A stretch of DNA of 62,779 nucleotides, counting the filler, from Chiloscyllium plagiosum (taxonomy: Eukaryota): assembly GCF_004010195.1 (NCBI RefSeq). It is 4 parts of one record of this genome, joined end to end, with 100 filler letters (N's around TTAATTAATTAA, not from the genome) between each part and the next. Parts side by side here need not be neighbours in the genome. Positions count along the whole stretch, not along the records: positions 1 to 13,278 come from NC_057713.1; positions 13,379 to 23,886 come from NC_057713.1; 2 more parts are not named here. One strand, written 5' to 3'. Below the pieces are notes generated by a model. It did not search any database. It was given only the letters and a program-made list of their open reading frames with translations, and was not told the origin of the DNA. The translations under genes were made by a program, and so were the position numbers. Each line of letters begins with the position of its first letter. Position 1 is the stretch's first letter. Shown here one piece after another: positions 11,070-23,850 of the stretch.

Positions 11070-13278
11070 AATTCCACACTGAGCTTCAACCGGAGTCCAC
11101 ACTGGGCTTCGCATTAGGTCCGCACTGTGCTTCACATTGAGTCCACACTGGGCTTCACATTGAGTCCACACTGGGTTTCACATTGAGTCCGCACTTGGCT
11201 TCATATTGAGACCGCACTGGGCTTCACATTAAGTCCACACTGGGCTTCACATTGAGTCCACACAGGGCTTCACGTCGAGGCCACTCTGGGATTCACATTG
11301 AATCCACACTGGGTTTCACATTAAGTCTGCACTAGGCTCCACATTGGGTCCACGCTAGGCTTCACATTGAGTCCATGCTGGGCTTCACATCGAATCCACA
11401 CTGGGCTTCACATCGAGTCCACACTGGGGTTCACATTGAGTCCACATTGGGCTTCACACTGAGTCCACACTGGGTTTCACATTGAGTCCACTCTGGGTTT
11501 CATATTGAGTCCTCACTTGACATTGCATTGAGTCCACACTGAGTTTCAAATCGAGTACACACTGGGCTTCACATCGAGTCCACACTGGGATTCACATTGA
11601 GTCCTCATGAGGCTTCTCATTGAGTCCGCACTGGGTTTCACATTGAGTCCACACTGGGCTTCACATCGAGTCCACACTGGGTTTCACATCAAGTCCTCAC
11701 TCGGCTTCACATCGAGTCCACACTGGGTTACACATTGAGTCCACACTGGGTTTCACATTGAGTCCGCACTTGGCTTCATATTGAGACCTCATTGGGCTTC
11801 ACATCAAGTCCACACTGGGCTTGAAATTGGGTCCACACTGGGCTTCACATCGAATCCACACTGGGCTTCACATCGAGTCCACACTGGGTTTCACTTTGAT
11901 CCACACTGGGCTTCAGATTGAGTCCACACTGGGTTTCAATTCAAGTCCTCATTCGGCTTCAAATTGGGTCCACACTGGGCTTCACATCGAATCCACACTG
12001 GGCTTCACTTTGATCCACACTTGGCTTCACCATGGGTCCGCACTGGGTTTCAAATCGAGTCCACACTGGGTTTCACGTAGAGTCCACACTGGGTTTCACT
12101 TTGATCCACACTGAGCTTCACATTGAGTCCACACTGAGCTTCACGTTGAGTCCACACGGGGTTTCACATCAAGTCCTCACTCGGCTTCACATCGAGTCCA
12201 CACTGGGCTTCACATTGCGTCCACATTGGGCTTCACAGTGAGTCCGCACTGGGTTTCATATCGGGTCCCCACTGGGTTACACATTGAGTCCACATCTGGC
12301 TTCACATTGAGTCCGCACTGGGTTTCACATTGAGTCCACATTTGGCTTCACATTGAGTCCACACTGGGCTTCACATCAAGTCCACACTGGGCTTCACATT
12401 AGGTCCGCACTGGGCGTCACATCAAGTCCGCACTGGTCTTCACATTGAGTCCACATTTGGCTTCACATTGATTCCACATTGGGCTTCACAGTGAGTCCAC
12501 ACTTGGCTTCACATTGAGTCCACACTGGGCTTAACATCGAGTCCACACTGGGCTTCACATTGAGTCTGCACTGGGCTTCACACTGAGTCCACACTGGTCC
12601 TTACATTGAGTCCTTACTAGGCTTCACATCGAGTCCACATTAGGCTTCACATCCAATCCACACTGGGCTTCACATTGAGTCCACACTGGGCTTCATATTG
12701 AGTCCACACTGGGCTTCACATTGAGTCCACATTGGGCTTAACATCGAGTCCGCACTGGGCTTCACACTGAGTCCGCACTGAGCTTCACATTGAGTCTGCA
12801 CTAGGCTTCACATCAAGTCTTCTCTGGGCTTCACATTGAGTCCGCACTGGGCTTCACACTGAATCCGCACTGGGCTTCACACTGAATCCGCACTGGGCTT
12901 CACACTGAGTCTGCACTGGGCTTCACACTGAGTCCACATTAGGCTTCACATCCAATCCACACTGGGCTTCATATTGAGTCCACACTAGGCTTTACATTGA
13001 GTCCACACTGGGCTTCACATTGAGTCCACACTGGGCTTAACATCGAGTCCGCACTGGGCTTAACAATGAGTCCGCACTGGGCTTCACATCGAGTCCGCAC
13101 TGGGCTTCACATCGAGTCCACACTGGGCTTAACATCGAGTCCGCACTGGGCTTCACATCGAGTCCACACTGGGCTTCACATCGAGTACGCACTGGGCTTC
13201 ACATCGAGTCCACACTGGGCTTAACATCGAGTCCGCACTGGGCTTCACATTGAGTCCACACTGGACTTCACATTGAGT
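11070..13278. repeat. Minisatellite, 23-bp unit CACATTGAGTCCACACTGGGCTT, roughly 95 copies, running into an assembly gap
   Basis: Unit read directly from the array; copy number estimated as length divided by unit. Confidence 0.95.
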
Positions 13279-13975
13279 NNNNNNNNNNNNNNNNNNNNNN
13301 NNNNNNNNNNNNNNNNNNNNNNTTAATTAATTAANNNNNNNNNNNNNNNNNNNNNNNNNNNNNNNNNNNNNNNNNNNNTTTTTTTTGCTAATGAAAGGTA
13401 CTTTGTACAACAGCAGTAATGAGTGGGGCTGCAAAAGGAATCAGCGATTCTACAACATTGGTTGGAACACGAATGAGAAATTCTGAAAGGGCTGTACAAA
13501 TGGGAATTCCATTCCGCAGAAGTTTGTGATGCTTGGGTGTTTGCATTTATTCAAAGTTGTGTCTGTTAAATATTTGATAGACAAGTGAGAGAAGGAAAAC
13601 AGTGCACATACTGTGCTGCTGAGACCACAGCCTGATCAGGCACGATCTTAGTCCCTGGTACAGCAGTGACAAAGTGGCTAATGACCCACTCCTGCTCCTC
13701 ACTCATGTGTTCCAATGTGCTATTCAGCCCCTGCACAGCAGCAGATGGAGGGCACTTGCTCCAATTACCTGGTCCACAGTAACACAGGATATCATTCAGT
13801 CCATCCAGACTGACACTCACGGTTTGCTGTGGGTTGGAATATGTTATTTGGAAATCCAGGCTGAGTTAGAAAGACTCCTCTGGTCTCTTTACAGAGTGTC
13901 TCCTCTCTGCAACTTGTGCTTCATTTGTTGGTCATGTTTTAGACCCAGATTCACTGTGAATACAGCTCACAGACA

Positions 13976-14470
13976 TCACCCAGAGATGTCTGTGGGGGGC
14001 GTGTCAGCAGAATGCAGGTGAGTGGCGCTGGTGGGGGCGGAGGTGGTGGCAGACATGGCAGTAGGGGTGGCGGAAGTCACTGAGCGTGTGGCATCAGCGA
14101 TGATGTGAGGGGCGGAAGTGATGTCACGTGTGATGCATGAGGAATTGTGAGGGGCGGAAGTGGCTGTGGGAGTGGCCATGATGGGGGCAGTAGTGACATC
14201 ATCAATCAGCGTGGGGGTGGTAGCTGCATCAGCCACATGGCTAATGGCGCTAATGGTGTTTCCGAGGCCAGGGGAATCTTCTGGGATGTTTGAGGAGCGC
14301 TGGTTATGGAGGTGGGTGGATAAAAGTTTGTTGTACTTACAGTTTTTGATGTTTGAGATGGAATTGAAATACTGTTTGTTGAGAGTATGAATTCTCCTGA
14401 GGATGTAGTACAGAGTGGGTCCTTTGCAATTCTGAGAGAGTGTGGCCCTCAGCTGAGGCAGGGCAGACTG
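13976..14470 (-). mobile_element. Retroelement ORF fragment (probably the N-terminal part of a Penelope-like ORF) with a Thr/Ala-rich low-complexity stretch
   Basis: One open frame of 165 codons (QSALPQLRATLSQNCK...LYYILRRIHTLNKQY...TTSAP) with sharp GC-rich boundaries and no splice context seen. Family assignment is from recall only. Confidence 0.45.
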
Positions 14471-15129
14471 TATCTAAATGTTGTATTTATGGCTTAAAAG
14501 CTTCCAATCTGGCAATAAGTTTTCATCACTTTAATTGAAAGTCCCCTTTTCTGGTTTTTAACCCTTTAATCTATGTATTTAACCCTTTAATGCTATGTAT
14601 TTTCCTTCTAATAAAGCTTTAAATTCATTAAACTAACAATATTCCGTACTTCGATATTAGGGTTTTCTTCTGTGGAGAAAGTTATGTTTTCTGAATATTC
14701 TACAGCCAGAATGAAAGTTTACCACTCAATATAACGTCCCAACTCTTATTATTCAAAACGAGTATCATTGCCGAAGCAAACACATGCCACAAGGCATGGC
14801 TGCTGTAAAAAAACAAGACAAACAAATTTACATCTTTTTCTAAGAAAGTGGAAACTTACTGACCTTTCACAAACTAAAACACAATGCATATTCCCTTTCA
14901 TAATTTTCCAATTATACTTTATAGCTGTTTGTTATAATTACGGTTTAAATTACTGATCTCCTAAAGTCTTAAAAGTCTTCTGACTCTTATTCTGTTAGAT
15001 ACAGTCATCGTCACCTCTTATATTGCCCTTTGTTGCATTAAATTTGATCTGTGATCTTCCAAATGTGGCAACCTTGGTATAAACTTAATATCTTCCTCTT
15101 GATTTTTCTACAACAGCCATGCCTTGTAA

Positions 15130-15745
15130 TATGTGCTCACTTTGGCAGTGATACTCATTTTGAATAATAAGAGTTTGGACATTATATTGAGGTTGTACAG
15201 AACATTGGTGAGGTCTCCTCTCAAGTACTGCATGCCATACTGGTCGCCCTATCACAGGAAGGATAATATTAAGCTGGAGAAGGTTCAGCAAAAAATTACC
15301 AAGATGTTATCAGCAATGCAAATATAAAAATAGACTGGAAAGATTGGGACATTTTTCACTGGACCGTAGGATATTGAGGGGAGACCTTATTGAGGATTGT
15401 CAAGTCATGAGGGGCATAGCTAAAGTGAATGACAAGGGTCCCTAGAGTGCATTCCTTCAAAACTAGGGAATATATTATAAGGTGAGAGGGGAGAGATTCA
15501 AAAAGGACATGCGGAGCAACTTTTATACACAGAGTAGTTTGTGTGATGGAATGAACAGCCAGACAGTGATGGATGCAAGTACAGTTTCAACATTTAAAAG
15601 AAGTTCATAAGTTCATGAATAGGAACGGTTTGGAGGAAGAAGGACCAAATGTGGGCAAGGGGAGCTGGCCAAGTTTGGGAATATGGCCAGCATGGAATGG
15701 TTGGACCTAGGGGTCTGTTTCTATGTTGTATGACTGCTTTCTTAA
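15130..15745 (+). mobile_element. CR1 LINE 3' fragment
   Basis: LRLYRTLVRSPLKYCMPYWSP...LEKVQ plus a CR1 3'UTR. Confidence 0.85.
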
Positions 15746-18489
15746 CTTCTATATTTCCCAGTTTGGAACTTTGTATTGTCAAAGATTTTTCCCCCTGCTA
15801 AACAGGGTTTTCTAACTTTACTCATTGATCTCTGAAACTCTATTTCTCAGCTGAAGTTTGAATCAGGACTGCACTTACAGATACTTCTTCTCTATGCTCT
15901 TCTTCTCCTGAATGCCATACCATGTCTGAAATGGAGGTGGTAGCCTGGAATGCTCTTTTTGCCTTGTACCTTCCAAACATTCTGCTCATTGCCTGTTTAT
16001 TCAGCAGCTGACCATTTGTGTGAGTATTCTTAAAGCAGTATGGCACAGTGGTAATAACCCAACTCTTGCCAGAAGGTAATTTCAAGTTCCAATGTATCAT
16101 AACAACTCTGAACAGACTGGTAAAAATATTTTAAAGCAATTAAGTTTTTGAAGTGCCAAACTCATTTGTCTTCTGTTGCAACCATGTGGTATCAAAGCAA
16201 TGATGTCCACAATCGGTCATCCTATTATGAAATGAACCACTAGCTATTAAATGTTGAGATCACACCAATCCTCCTTTCTACACTTTTTTAAATGAACCTA
16301 TACATTACTCAAACAGGTCCTCGTTACCCACTGTAGCAAAAAATTCAAACTTATGAAAACTCACGAAAAGACAAAATTTTAAATCATGAAAAACTATAAC
16401 AGGTTATGCAGTCATGATGGGGTAAAATAACGAAAACAAATCAAGATCTTGAAAGAAACTTATCAAAATTAAGTCAAAATATAACTGCCAGGAATAACAC
16501 TCGTATCTGTGTTAGGACTGAGGACCTAAATGGTAGTTTATGAACCACTAGTGACTTTCTGTTATTTTAATGCTCTGACACACTTCCAGGGAATGTGGGA
16601 CTTGAAACAAGATCATCTGGTTTAGAGGTACGAACATTACCATTATGACAGGAGAGCCAAACTTGTGAGGTTCAATAAGACAAGACAGTTCTGCTAATAA
16701 AATACAATTATTTTCCTCTAAGTTTCTTCTTTTCCTCTAATCAAACTGTTCAGAAATATTAAATGCAGATGTCAGGAACAAGTGGAACTTGAACTTAGTC
16801 TCCTAGCCCAGAGGTAGGGCCAATACACTCGACAGGAATGCTAGTTGTAATTTATTACAATGCAGTAGGTTCTGCCAAAACGTGCATTTCTTCAAAGTGA
16901 ATTGGCTCAAATGTAAAAGAAGAAATTAAAACATTACTTGTAGAGTGGAAACTTTCCTTACCTGTATCGGCTACAATTCGGGTCCCATTGATTTAAATGG
17001 TGCTGCTATTACAGATTTTCTGATAACGCATGGAAATGGAACTATCGCATTATATCAGAACAGACTGTAGGTACAAATCACTTTGGCTACTTAGAGATAT
17101 AACTGAGGCTGTGAGAAAACAATGATGATGTGTCTCCATTTGGATCTTGAGCTAAACAAATTGATCTTTCTCCATCTCAGCCTCTACGTCATCATTAGCT
17201 TGTGTGGTGTTCAATGCTATTTCCAATATTAACCTTTTCAGAATCATAGACTTATATAACAAACCTGATCTCATTAATTACTAGGTGAGGCTAAGATTCA
17301 ATTTATTAAATTTTCTATTTGGCATGGCCAGGATGACCACTAAGAAATTAATTAATGGGAGCCAATAAATGGAGACAATATCCACAATTTCAGACTGCTT
17401 ACCATCCTGTGCTTTTTATATTCTTTAAATTTGAATTTGAATCTAGATCAAAATGTTCTTACCTGAAATACATTAGGGCTTCATTTAAAATTTGAACTAA
17501 TATTCATGAGAAATTGCTGAGCACAATTGTAATTTTCAATTCTCCCCAGGAAGAGGTTGTGTAATCACTGTGTAATGCACAATGAGCGTCAGTTCTAATC
17601 AGAAAATTATGCAAAGTGTGTTTGGAAATCTGTGTGGCATGGGGGTAGGGAGTGAGGTATTGAATTTTCCACACAATTGTTTCTAAAAATAGACTTTAAC
17701 TGTGGATTAGTGAGTTTGGTTTTCAAAATAGTTGAGTTTTGATTTTTTTTGTAGTTTATATTTTCGACAGAAACAACTTTGAGCCAATTACTATAATAAA
17801 TCAGAATTAAGGAACATTATCTTCCAGACTCTGTGAAATGGGCAGAAGGAAGGCCAGACAGATTAGATTACAGCAGAAGCACTGTACGAATTTTAGTACA
17901 TCCAACAAAAACAATTCAAAGATGACCTTCTTCATGGGGAAGCAGTGAGAGGTTTCTGATATGAATTAGAATATGATTGCAGGCTACCTCCAGTACAGGA
18001 AGGGAGCACTGCCAATAATAGCATGTTATCACAGCCTGACACTGTTATTCCTCCTTGCATAAGGACATCAGCAATAATTTTAAATCTGCAGTACAAATAT
18101 CGCTGTGTATTTACCCACCAGAACAAATAGATTCATCATCTTCACCTTAGGAAACTGGGGATAGAATGAAATCACACTCACTTTTGCACATGTAACAATA
18201 TCTCCATGGTCACATTTGTATGTCATGACCTTTAATATTTGCAAGGGTCTCCACTCTGTCCATATGCATTGGTCAATGACTGAAAACACTGCATCACCAA
18301 GGTGAATGTCTATTTATAGACACTACCATCTTAAAAATATAGTGGAGATGAAGGACAAGATAAATTTCAAGCATGCTGGAAATTAAAGATGTTTTCTGGA
18401 AGCTTTGAATACAATTAGAATAACATCTAATCCAAGTAAATTTCCTAAAATCATTAGTGTATGATGTGACCTTTTTTTTCAGCTCTCTG

Positions 18490-18770
18490 TCCTCTTCTTC
18501 CTCCTCCTCTACTTCCTGGAGCATTCCATTAATCCTCCTATTTTTTCTATTCTTCTTCCTCCCTGTCCTCTGCAGAGGCAGTATCACATTCAAGGTCTTT
18601 CTCTTCATCCAGGTCTAGACATTTCTTTGCATTATCATGTTGTGCAACATGAAACAACTACCATAATTTGAGCTACCCTGGCTGTCTCGTACTAAAGGGC
18701 ACCATGGTCTAGCAGTCAAGGTAATGGAAGCACAGTTTCAAGATGTCAAAGGCCCATTAAACATGAAGAG
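18490..18770 (-). mobile_element. Degenerate PIF/Harbinger DDE transposase C-terminal remnant
   Basis: The minus strand reads, across stops and frameshifts, AFDILKLCFHYLD...GAL*YETARVAQIMVV...LHNM, then a Glu run. This resembles the HARBI1-like FG.LK.RF..L...GALQY.P..V..I..ACC.LHN pattern. Confidence 0.5.
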
Positions 18771-18894
18771 TTGTGCTTGTGGATGTTTCTAATTGGAATG
18801 TCTCACTGCATGGAGATTTCCTTTCAGGGAACTGGGAGTCACTATTTAATAATAAGGTTTTGCTACTTAAAGCAGAGATAAGGCAATTTTCTTT

Positions 18895-19350
18895 CTCTCA
18901 GAAGCAGTTGATGCTCAAATTAAACAACATCTGGACAACGCCCAGGCTTGGGTTGACAAGTGGCAAGTAACATTCATGCTACACAAATGCCAGGCAATGA
19001 CCATCTCCAGTAAGAGGCAATCCAGTCACTGCCTTTTGACAATGAATGGTGTTATATGCATTGAATCCCTCAGTATCAAAATCCTTGAGAGCACCATTGA
19101 CCAGAAGCCCAACTGTATTCGCCACATAAACACAGTGGCTACAAGAGCAGGTCAGAGGCTTGGAATACTTTAACAAGTAAGTCACCTCTTGACTGCCCAA
19201 AGCAAGTCCACTATTTACAATACACAAATCAGGAGTGTGATGGAATACTCAACACTTGCCTGGAGGGTGCAGCTCCATCAACAGTCAAGAACCTTGACAT
19301 CATCCAGGGGAAATTATCAGCTCGCTGGGTTGGCACCACACATCCACGAG
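18895..19350 (+). mobile_element. CR1/L2-group LINE RT fragment (distinct family)
   Basis: Reads LDNAQAWVDKWQVTF..HKCQAMTIS...HINTVATRAGQRLGIL. Confidence 0.75.
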
Positions 19351-21222
19351 TAAATAAAGGTTGAGAATATTTGAAACTCACTCCTTGAAAAGGTGATGAA
19401 AGAGGTGGATTGACTCTTTTTAAGCAAGAGTGTGAAAAATTAGCAGGATTTTGCATTTGAGATTACAATCAGAGCAACAATGAATGGCATAGCAGGCTTG
19501 ATCGGCTTTTCTTGCTCCTTCTTCCTATGTTCATACCTTTAAGGCGTGCACACCTGATAAGCATTATTGCCCAGCAGACACCCACAGAGTCTGTAACTGA
19601 AAGTAAAATGTTAAAGATGTTCAGAATCAGCCTTAAAAATAAAAATTGATGGAAACGCTCAAAACGTCAAGTAGGATCTGTTGAGAGAGAGGTATTTCAG
19701 GTGAATTTTTTTTTTTTGCATTTCTTGTTTAATGATCTGACTGACTGGCCTTCACCACTGTGTAACTCAATAAATGACCCCCTGAACCTGAGGGTATCCG
19801 TATACAGTGGAAAACCCTAACAACCTCTGTGCCTGCGATGGCAATTCTGTCTAAAAATGGGTGCAACCTCGCTATCCAATAAAAGATATCCATGACCAGG
19901 CTTGTTGTGTGTTAAAAGCAAGATGCTTCTCAGGCCACTGCTGTCTCCAGATCCTAACCTCATCTGCTCCTGAGTGAATATTTTCCAGGAATAAAATATG
20001 AGGTGGCATGGACTGGGGCTCATTTGATAATCAGAATGAAACCATAACCCAGGTCAGAGACTATTCAAAGCTTCCTGGTGAATGGTTTTGAAAAACATTC
20101 CTGTTTCCCACAGAACATATCAGACCTGAAACATTAACTTAGTTACTCTCTTCACAGATACTGTCGGACCTATTGAGTTTCTCCAGCAATTTTAGATTCT
20201 TTGTAATTTTGAAGTTTTACATTATTTGCCTTACAGATCATAATACTGCCAAATTTTTGCTTTGGATTCCCTGAACAGATGAAAGAAAGTCATACTGTTG
20301 GATGAATCCTTTTTACTATTAATAAGCATTTGCTATTGATGGTTTTTTTTTATTTTAAGCCTATGTGCTTTTCGTTCTTGTAGCATCAATAGTACTTGTT
20401 TCACTAATTCCTCTCACTTTGTATTTTTATCTGTTTTGATATGTATCTATTACTGGGTCTTGACTTTTGCAATTGCAATGATAACAATAGAGTTCGCTAT
20501 CTAATACCATGGCATCCAAAAGTAGCTGTCTGAACTTCACTAAGGACACAGTCTTAAAGTCTGACAGGTGGAAACCTTAAGAAGTCACTGAATTGATGGG
20601 AACTTCCCTTTAAGCTCAAATCACTAAAAGTTTTTGCTTTGCTGAAGAAAGTGATTTTAATGATGTGCTAAGTCATCATTTCCACTCAGCAGCCTCGGTC
20701 CCTGAAAGCCAAATTATCTCTTGCTGAAACCAAATTATCTGTTATGGTAAAAATAACTAGTATTTTGATATATAATTTTATATCTTTACCCAATGTGTAT
20801 TTCCTAGGGTGGAATTTAATGTTATCTGAGCTGTCGGTTGTCTCAGTTGGTCTACTGGAAGCGTCCTATTAGACACTTAAATAGCCAGCATTATTAGCCT
20901 TCAGGATGTAGGGGTACTGATGCATTGAGGGTGGCAGCTGTAGCAGTGCAGCAGTCAGAGGCTCAGGATCAATGATGGTCTTCCAGTGAGAGAGGATGAG
21001 TTGGGAGTTATAGGGTGGAAGTTACGGGATGGGGAGGATGGTTGGAGACAAGGGTGGGGTGGTGGCTTTTAGTCAACCTTCACTTCTTGGTTCTGGGTGC
21101 CTTAAATAAGTATTGAGGGCTTTGACATAGAGACATGCACTGGAAAGCAGGAAGAAAACTGAATGGGGTTTACATTGAATGGTTTCCATATGGTGACATC
21201 CCTGTCCACCATTGGTACCAAC

Positions 21223-21321
21223 TGTTACATCATGGGGTAAATCTTTTCTGTGTTGCTGGTTTAAATTAGTGGGTGGGCAGGTTTACCCCATGTTGTAACA
21301 GTGTGGGGGCATGTCCAGGAT
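21223..21321 (+). mobile_element. LTR 3' end (78 bp with 19-bp terminal inverted repeats) followed by a tRNA-Pro primer-binding site
   Basis: Ends ...TGTAACA at 21300. TGGGGGCATGTCCAGGAT at 21304-21321 matches the Pro PBS TGGGGGCTCGTCCGGGAT at 15/18. Homologous to the reverse complement of 21539-21610. Confidence 0.7.
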
Positions 21322-21515
21322 ATATACTTGGGACATCTTGCAATTTTAAGAATCATTTCTTTCAATTTTAATTTAATCAACCACAAATCACCAAAATTAA
21401 ACAAACTGGCTCACCTATGTTTTATTCAAAGATCTAGGACACTAACTACAAATGCTTAAATCTACTGGGCTTTTTTGTACCCCAAATCTATTCAAATCTG
21501 TCTAAAACTGTTCAA

Positions 21516-22259
21516 ATCTTGGGCGAAAGCCCCCAAACTGTTATGACACGGGGTAAACCCTCCCCCCTCCCTGTTAATTTAAATCGGCAATACAGAAAAG
21601 ATTTACCATGTTTGGTAATCTGTGAAAATTCGAGAGGCAAAGAATTATCCCAAAAGTCATTATTTAAAGTACAAAAAATTTAGAAAATTTATTCTTTAAA
21701 TCTAACATAAAATATTAACTAACAACTATTTACAACTCCTTTCTCTAACCTATTTTTTATTTTCCTTTCTACAATACTGGTCTAATAAATCTCCCGAATA
21801 AGATTTTCCAAAAAATTTCAAAACCAGCCAGCTGTCGAATCTTCTCTTTGTATCTTCCTTTGTCTTCTTTTCTACTTCTTAGGGATTTCTTTTTCACAGG
21901 TCATTGAAAGATAAAAGTACCTTTAAGAGAGCTATTCTCCCGACAGTTTATATATGTTGGTGACTTGGTAGTACTCCCCCAACTGTTCAATTTTTCCCCA
22001 TCTTATACCCCAAAGCATTGGATCATTTCATTGATTTTAATATTGTCAAAATACTAAATTCAAACTTGATTGGAGTTTAGTATCTTGGGGCATTATTTAA
22101 ACTAATTGACCAAATTGGAGTTTGTTTTTTGTCTCATAGCAACCCAGGTGCTACTAGTTGCTGGACTAAATGTTACACTGTAAGTTCTCCAGCACTCTGT
22201 GTGCTTGCTAAGTCCTTCAACTCTTTTAAAGGTACAGTAACCCTTACACCTTCATAACA
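21516..22259 (-). mobile_element. 721-bp LTR (21539-22259) plus a degenerate tRNA-Pro PBS (21516-21535)
   Basis: Perfect TGTTATGA...TCATAACA termini. The minus strand has TATA-like and AATAAA motifs, and TGGGGGCT begins 3 nt after the LTR end. Confidence 0.8.
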
Positions 22260-22454
22260 CCAACAAGGCAACAATGGATGAAGCTCCCTAAAGTTGGCTT
22301 TAAAGATGGAAGCAGAAAGATGACATTATCCCCACACCGCACACTTCTGCTTGAATAAACATTTGTCACTTCCCCTGAACCTACTCTGGCTGGGGGAGGG
22401 GAATATTAAATTATTTCCCTAAAATTTGTCTCTGTAGTAATTAGTAGAGGATAT

Positions 22455-22650
22455 ATAGAGTCATAAAGTCACACAGCATGAAAACAGACCCTTCAATCTA
22501 ACCAGTCCATGCCAATCATTATGCCAAACTAAACTAGTCCCACCTGCCTGCTCCTGACCTCTATCCCTTCAATTCACCTTTCCTATTCATGTACTTACCC
22601 AAATGTCTTTTAAACATTCTAATTGTTCCCACATCCGCCACTTCCTAATC
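22455..22650 (-). mobile_element. CR1 LINE 3' end fragment
   Basis: Reverse complement of the CR1 3'UTR seen at 5330-5472. Confidence 0.75.
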
Positions 22651-23310
22651 AGTGTATTTAACTCACTGGCTTTCTGTCTGTGAGAATGTATTAGTATGAT
22701 TAGCTGAATAGTATACTTGATGACATAATTGCAGCTGGACACTTGAAAATCTCACATTATGGTCAAATAAATGTCAGGAAAATGAAATTCATGGAACAAA
22801 GATTGCTCAATCTTTATAGACAGCTCTGTTTGAGGTCATCAATGAATCTTGTCACTTTGCTATTGAAAGCAGACTCCGACCTTAAATTTTGAAATTGAAT
22901 GCAAAATCATGACGTCAACATAAGCTCAGACATTTTGGTTGCTATACAATCGTCTGCTATTGATAGCCAATTCATTGGATTATTCTTTGATAACCTCAAC
23001 TTCATTGCTCAAAGGAAGTTGTAAACTGATGAGGATTATACTTCATTGAGGTAGCACTCTGGAAATTGAGGCCTACTATTACAAAAGTAACCAATTTTAT
23101 CAAAGTACACAAAGTCCCAATTTACATGTCAAATAGACTCAAGGTAATTGAAATTACAGGCCAGGTTCCTGTATTTAACAACATCTAATTTTGGTTGCAA
23201 ATAAATAGACTCTTACCACAGAATAACAATTATGAATAAAGTTTGGGTGAAGATTTGTAGCTCGGGTGCTCGTTGTTGTGGTTCTGTTCGCCAAGCTGGA
23301 AATTTTTGTT

Positions 23311-23350
23311 GCAAACGTTTCGTCCCCTGTCTAGGTGACATCCTCAGTGC
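23311..23350 (-). ncRNA. Minimal type I hammerhead ribozyme motif
   Basis: Minus strand GCA-CUGAGGA-U-GUCACCU-AGAC-AGGGGAC-GAAA-CGUU-UGC: intact core, stem II with one mismatch, 3-bp stem I (GCA/UGC) and palindromic ACGU in place of stem III. Confidence 0.65.
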
Positions 23351-23810
23351 TTGGGAGCCTCCTGCGAAGCGCTTCTGTGGTGTTTCCTCCGGCATTTATA
23401 GTGGCCTGTCCCTGCCGCTTCCGGTTGTCAATTTCAGCTGTCCGCTGTAGTGGCCGGTATATTGGGTCCAGGTCGATGTGTTTGTTGATGGAGTTTGTGG
23501 ATGAGTGCCATGCTTCTAGGAATTCCCTGGCTGTTCTTTGTTTGGCTTGCCCTATAATGGTAGTGTTGTCCCAGTCGAATAATTTGACTGGGACAACACA
23601 ACCATTATATGGCAAGCCAAACAAAGAACAGCCAGGGAATTCCTAGAACCATGGCACTCATCCACAAACTCCATCAACAAACACATAGACCTGGACCCAA
23701 TATACCGGCCACTACAGCAGACAGCAGAAACTGACAACCGGAAGCGGCAAGGACAGGCCACTATAAATGCCGGAGGAAACACACAGAAGCGCTTCACAGG
23801 AGGCTCCCAA

Positions 23811-23850
23811 ACACTGAGGATGTCACCTAGACAGGGGAAGAAACGTTTGC
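23811..23850 (+). ncRNA. Second hammerhead motif copy (stem I and stem II each carry a substitution)
   Basis: ACA-CTGAGGA-T-GTCACCT-AGAC-AGGGGAA-GAAA-CGTT-TGC. Confidence 0.5.

Noticed and set aside
11070..13278. CRISPR-like array
   Set aside because: Units are contiguous with no unique spacers, there are no cas genes, and the context is vertebrate: a minisatellite.
13279..13378. TTAATTAATTAA centred in N runs (also 23887-23986 and 54169-54268)
   Set aside because: Identical 44N+12+44N, 100-bp spacers with stops in all frames: an assembly linker, not biology.
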